DNA of 20,000 nt, taken from an uncultured virus (IMG/VR IMGVR_UViG_3300001683_000027). Lineage: Duplodnaviria; Heunggongvirae; Uroviricota; Caudoviricetes. The position numbers and the translations under genes were made by a program. This document shows, piece by piece, positions 16,828 through 20,000 of this stretch; within the stretch, counting starts at the first letter, position 1; every line of letters begins with the position of its first letter. Location: the IMG/VR virus record IMGVR_UViG_3300001683_000027; one strand, written 5' to 3'. A model generated the notes under the pieces. That model saw nothing but the letters and a program-made list of their open reading frames with translations. It had not been told where the DNA came from and ran no database searches.

Positions 16828-18168
16828 ATGCAAAATCAAATGCCTTTCAATCAGTTGATTGAAAAGTGGGCACCGGTCCTAGACGACGAATCTGCGTCTC
16901 CGATCACTGACCACTACAAACGCGCTGTAACAGCGTCCATTCTGGAAAACCAGGAACGCGTAACCGAAGAAGAAGCGGGAATGCTGAACGAAGCAGCGCC
17001 TACCTCTACTGGCGGCGTTGCTAACTGGAATCCAGTTCTAATCGCACTTGTTCGTCGTGCAATGCCTAACCTTATGGCATATGACGTATGTGGCGTTCAG
17101 CCTATGTCAGGACCTACTGGTCTTGTCTTCGCAATGCGTTCACTTTACAAGAGCAGTAAACTTGGTACAACTGCAGGGGATGAGGCGTTCTTCAACGAAG
17201 CAAACACTTCTTACTCTGGAGACTCCGCGGGTGCTGCGCACACTGCTGATCCTTCTGGTCTATCTGGTCTTACTGATTCGAATGCTGATAGTTCAATCGA
17301 TAACGAACGAACCGGGCCCACCTTTGGTACCGCGATGGCTACACCTACGGCTGAGACTCTTGGTCAAGTTGGTGCAGACTCGTTCGGCGAGATGGGTTTC
17401 ACAATCGAGAAGCAGACTGTTACTGCTAAATCTCGTGCATTGAAAGCGCACTACACGCTAGAACTTGCACAAGACTTGAAAGCAATCCACGGTCTTGACG
17501 CTGATGCTGAAATCGCTAACATTCTGCAAACAGAAGTGCTTGCTGAAATTAACCGCGAAATCATCAGAACGATTAACTCCCAGGCAGTAACTGGTTGTAC
17601 CACTTCTAACGTTGCTACTCAGGGTATCTTTGACCTGTCTACTGACGCGGATGGTCGCTGGTCAGTTGAGAAATTCAAGGGACTTCACGTACAACTCGAA
17701 AGAGAATGTCACGCGATTGCTAAGGCAACTCGTCGAGGCAAGGGTAACATCATCATCTGTTCTTCAGATGTTGCTACTGCTCTATCCTCTGCGGGCGTAC
17801 TTGATTACACTCCTGCGATGTCTACACAACTCCAGGTTGATGATACAGGCAACACGTTTGCTGGTATTATCGGTGGAAAGATTAAGGTCTATGTTGATCC
17901 TTATGCTACTGTAGATTTCGTCACTGCTGGTTATAAGGGTACTAACCCATATGACGCTGGTGTGTTCTACTGCCCATACGTGCCGTTACAGATGGTTCGT
18001 GCGGTTGGTGAGGAAGACTTTCAGCCAAGAATTGGCTTCAAGACCAGATACGGAATGGTCGCGAATCCTTTTGCACAAGGTAATGGAACAATCGTTTCTG
18101 CAGACCTAGCGCCTCCTAAGACGAACGTTTACTACCGCATAATGCGGATCGATAATATCCTTGCATAG
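16828..18168 (+). CDS. gp23: Major capsid protein, T4 gp23-like
   Basis: KWAPVL, LVRRAMPNLMAYDVCGVQPMSGPTGLVFAMR, AKSRALKA, ELAQDLKAIHGLDA, FYCPYVPL, FQPRIGFKTRYG. Probable gp21 cleavage LNE55|A. AGGAG RBS. Confidence 0.98.
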   Translation: MQNQMPFNQLIEKWAPVLDDESASPITDHYKRAVTASILENQERVTEEEAGMLNEAAPTSTGGVANWNPVLIALVRRAMPNLMAYDVCGVQPMSGPTGLVFAMRSLYKSSKLGTTAGDEAFFNEANTSYSGDSAGAAHTADPSGLSGLTDSNADSSIDNERTGPTFGTAMATPTAETLGQVGADSFGEMGFTIEKQTVTAKSRALKAHYTLELAQDLKAIHGLDADAEIANILQTEVLAEINREIIRTINSQAVTGCTTSNVATQGIFDLSTDADGRWSVEKFKGLHVQLERECHAIAKATRRGKGNIIICSSDVATALSSAGVLDYTPAMSTQLQVDDTGNTFAGIIGGKIKVYVDPYATVDFVTAGYKGTNPYDAGVFYCPYVPLQMVRAVGEEDFQPRIGFKTRYGMVANPFAQGNGTIVSADLAPPKTNVYYRIMRIDNILA

Positions 18169-18207
18169 GATAGTAGTATAAAAAGAGTTAGTTTAACTAA
18201 CCACTTT

Positions 18208-18241
18208 AGACCTCACTAGTTCGCTAGTGAGGTTTTTTTTT
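18208..18241 (+). terminator. Intrinsic terminator after gp23 (UUCG loop)
   Basis: ACCTCACTAG-TTCG-CTAGTGAGGT perfect 10-bp stem followed by a T run. Confidence 0.93.
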
Positions 18242-18242
18242 G

Positions 18243-18250
18243 TATAAATA
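18243..18250 (+). promoter_or_regulatory. T4-type late promoter TATAAATA
   Basis: Exact consensus immediately after the gp23 terminator. Confidence 0.8.
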
Positions 18251-18310
18251 GATGTGTATCGCGGTGTTAGCGCACCCATACACACTAATAACTAAGAAGT
18301 AGTTACCAGC

Positions 18311-18394
18311 ATGACTATCTATACCCACAAGCACCACATCATCCCACGTTACTCAAGATCCATAAGTTTCTGTTCTATCAGTTGCTTCTTGTAA
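18311..18394 (+). pseudogene. 5' remnant of an HNH homing endonuclease gene
   Basis: ATG 18311 gives MTIYTHKHHIIPR, a typical HNH opening (HHIIP[RK]). Similarity ends where the stop codon of the convergent minus-strand gene lies (18349). Confidence 0.7.
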
Positions 18395-18669
18395 ACCTTT
18401 CGTTTCATCTCACTTTGCAAATACTCATATCTAGATTTTTCTGCGGATATAAGAGGCGTGTTGCTCAGTTCTTTGTTCCTGTAATGAGCAATGACCTCGG
18501 CGTCCTTCTTGATATCTAACCCGATGATCTCGGCCTTTAGTTCAAACTCGGCACTTCTCGCAACGTGTCTGGCATCCAGGAACAAGAATGCCGCAAACAT
18601 CGATCCGAACAGCGTGAGTATAGTCAAAACAGTGGTGGCCAAATTAAGAAGATGTTTTTCGTCTTTCAT
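18349..18669 (-). CDS. 106-aa protein with one N-terminal transmembrane helix and a charged helical tail
   Basis: LLNLATTVLTILTLFGSMFAAFLFL hydrophobic stretch; own late promoter on the minus strand. Confidence 0.75.
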   Translation of the reverse strand: MKDEKHLLNLATTVLTILTLFGSMFAAFLFLDARHVARSAEFELKAEIIGLDIKKDAEVIAHYRNKELSNTPLISAEKSRYEYLQSEMKRKVYKKQLIEQKLMDLE

Positions 18670-18695
18670 TTTAGTATATCGATGAGTTGTTATTG

Positions 18696-18703
18696 TATTT
18701 ATA
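18696..18703 (-). promoter_or_regulatory. T4-type late promoter TATAAATA (minus strand)
   Basis: Plus strand reads TATTTATA, 26 nt upstream of the 106-aa gene start. Confidence 0.8.
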
Positions 18704-18709
18704 CTGTTA

Positions 18710-18722
18710 AATCAATGACTTA
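18710..18722 (+). promoter_or_regulatory. IHF consensus site WATCAANNNNTTR
   Basis: AATCAATGACTTA matches exactly; located in the divergent intergenic region. Confidence 0.5.
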
Positions 18723-18729
18723 GTGAGTA

Positions 18730-18758
18730 TTGTGGTTTTAGACGCAATCGACGATAAT
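18730..18758 (+). promoter_or_regulatory. Possible sigma70-like early promoter
   Basis: TTGTGG-N17-GATAAT upstream of the small-ORF cluster; imperfect match. Confidence 0.3.
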
Positions 18759-18797
18759 AGTTATATAACGAATTAGAGAAGAAAGTAAGGAAACGAC

Positions 18798-18977
18798 ATG
18801 ATGAATAAGTTGCCTAAGATCACTAGATGCACCAGACACGCATACGAGACATACTGGCAATCAAGCAACCTCTATTGTCACCAAGGAACGTCGACTCAAC
18901 ACACCCATAACCGGTGTACGAAATGCGACCAGACAGCCTACCGGAACAATGAAACAGGCAAACTCTTATATCGCTAA
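18798..18977 (+). CDS. 59-aa putative zinc-binding protein (CxxH...CxxC); not in ORF track
   Basis: TAAGGA RBS. MMNKLPKITRCTRHAYETYWQSSNLYCHQGTSTQHTHNRCTKCDQTAYRNNETGKLLYR. Confidence 0.65.
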   Translation: MMNKLPKITRCTRHAYETYWQSSNLYCHQGTSTQHTHNRCTKCDQTAYRNNETGKLLYR

Positions 18978-18990
18978 CCACTAACCAATC

Positions 18991-19218
18991 ATGATTGAAA
19001 TCAGCAAACAAGGTAAGCCGCTCAATGTCACCGTCATTACCGACGATGGGAAAAGAGTTGCCACAATAAGAAGAGAACGAGCAAAAACATTCTTGCTTGT
19101 CCTTCACACCGGAGCTCGTCCTTTCACTAGCGTGATGTTCAACACCCCGACTAACTGTACTGTTTTCACTACTCGCAACAAAGCAATCAAAGAAGCTTTA
19201 ACCCAAATTCAACAATAA
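18991..19218 (+). CDS. 75-aa hypothetical protein
   Basis: Tightly packed co-oriented ORF; no clear Shine-Dalgarno. Confidence 0.6.
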   Translation: MIEISKQGKPLNVTVITDDGKRVATIRRERAKTFLLVLHTGARPFTSVMFNTPTNCTVFTTRNKAIKEALTQIQQ

Positions 19219-19233
19219 TAGTAAATAAACAAA

Positions 19234-19362
19234 ATGAAGAAAAGTAGACTAAGAGATATTCGCCACACTTGTGGACTATCCAAAAAAATCAATGCCGCAG
19301 AGCGTAAAGCATTGCGAGCCAAAGAAAGACAACAAGGAAAAAAAGAGAAAAATCATGACTAA
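19234..19362 (+). CDS. 42-aa highly basic protein; not in ORF track
   Basis: MKKSRLRDIRHTCGLSKKINAAERKALRAKERQQGKKEKNHD; stop overlaps the next start (ATGACTAA). Confidence 0.55.
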   Translation: MKKSRLRDIRHTCGLSKKINAAERKALRAKERQQGKKEKNHD

Positions 19363-19549
19363 TAAACAACTTATCTCGTTTGCACGCGCCCACGAGTTGC
19401 AGCAGTTTTTCCTGCAGATTTCTGACGCAGAAGGCTTTGAAGACCAAGGCCCACTTCTAGCGTTTACTATCTACGACCCTTGGGAGAAGTTTGATGTAAC
19501 TGTCTACCTCACCCAGGAAAACCGAACAAAACTAAAAGCACTGTTGTAA
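19355..19549 (+). CDS. 64-aa hypothetical protein
   Basis: ATG 19355 (MTNKQLISF...) overlaps the previous stop; preferred over the track's GTG 19271. Confidence 0.6.
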   Translation: MTNKQLISFARAHELQQFFLQISDAEGFEDQGPLLAFTIYDPWEKFDVTVYLTQENRTKLKALL

Positions 19550-19565
19550 GTGCACTGTTGTAAGT
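19538..19565 (+). repeat. Perfect 14-bp tandem duplication GCACTGTTGTAAGT x2
   Basis: 19538-19551 and 19552-19565, with a further partial TGTAAG to 19570; spans the stop codon. Confidence 0.9.
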
Positions 19566-19581
19566 GTAAGAGAGAAAAATA

Positions 19582-19749
19582 ATGAAAATAGACCTATCAA
19601 ACGAAGGCATCATAAACGTCATCACATCTGCAGGGTTTGTAACCGCTGCCGACTGGGACAGATCAAGGCTAATACATGAACTGAAAATGCTCATCAATCG
19701 CGGTGACATTGACGAAATACAAATCATCATCGAAGAGTCTGGAGAATGA
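19582..19749 (+). CDS. 55-aa hypothetical protein; not in ORF track
   Basis: MKIDLSNEGIINVITSAGFVTAADWDRSRLIHELKMLINRGDIDEIQIIIEESGE; AGAG upstream; fills the gap between neighbours. Confidence 0.6.
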   Translation: MKIDLSNEGIINVITSAGFVTAADWDRSRLIHELKMLINRGDIDEIQIIIEESGE

Positions 19750-19780
19750 AATTAAAAATACTTTTACAAGGAGAACGACA

Positions 19781-20000
19781 ATGAAAAAAGTAACTAATAA
19801 ATGGCAGTGCTTTCTCTGTCACTGGTACTACTTCTTAGGTGACATGGTGTCACGCCCGATGTGCCGATGGGATTGGCCTGTGTACGATCTGTACAACGCC
19901 CTGATGATCCGCTCGTCTGATATAGATGAGAAGTATGGACAGCGTTGGATCTGGGGAGATGTTGATGAGTTCAGTAACTTAATGCAAGGAGAAGATGAAT
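19781..20000 (+). CDS. Trp/Tyr-rich hypothetical protein (>=73 aa, reaches window edge)
   Basis: AAGGAG RBS. MKKVTNKWQCFLCHWYYFLGDMVSRPMCRWDWPVYDLYNALMIRSSDIDEKYGQRWIWGD...; next RBS and ATG at 19986-19997. Confidence 0.65.
   Translation, partial: MKKVTNKWQCFLCHWYYFLGDMVSRPMCRWDWPVYDLYNALMIRSSDIDEKYGQRWIWGDVDEFSNLMQGEDE

Noticed and set aside
481..17914. Numerous 60-160-aa ORFs nested in or antisense to the large genes
   Set aside because: Overlap well-supported genes and lack expression signals or recognisable motifs.
18187..18201. Small hairpin GTTAGT-TTA-ACTAAC after gp23
   Set aside because: Weak 6-bp AT-rich stem; the real terminator follows immediately.
18823..19730. Minus-strand ORFs 18823-19107 and 19509-19730, and plus-strand ORF 18491-18685
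   Set aside because: Antisense to better-supported, tightly packed genes.
1..20000. Stop-codon reassignment, introns or inteins in core genes
   Set aside because: Core genes are continuous, of expected length and end at expected C-termini; TAA, TAG and TGA are all used as stops.

Overview
Late structural module of a T4-like (Tevenvirinae/Kyanoviridae-type, probably marine) myophage: 3' part of gp17 terminase, gp18 sheath, gp19 tube, gp20 portal, gp67-like core, a small core/internal protein in the gp68 position, gp21 protease, gp22 scaffold and gp23 major capsid, punctuated by T4 late promoters (TATAAATA) and intrinsic terminators. The unusual element is a ~9.2 kb, late-promoter-driven cassette (5419-14631) between gp20 and gp67, which are adjacent in T4. 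It encodes a 56-triplet collagen protein, three large G/T/S-rich beta proteins (672, ~779, 840 aa), a 201-aa protein and two small ORFs, linked by shared motifs (LYSxxK in the 672-aa and 201-aa proteins; C-terminal L[DE]RN[YF] in the 672-aa and ~779-aa proteins). I infer an uncharacterised multi-subunit virion appendage. After gp23 lie a decayed HNH homing endonuclease stub, a convergent late membrane-protein gene, an IHF-consensus site and a run of tiny ORFs, several absent from the ORF track. All family assignments come from motif recognition and gene order; no searches were run.
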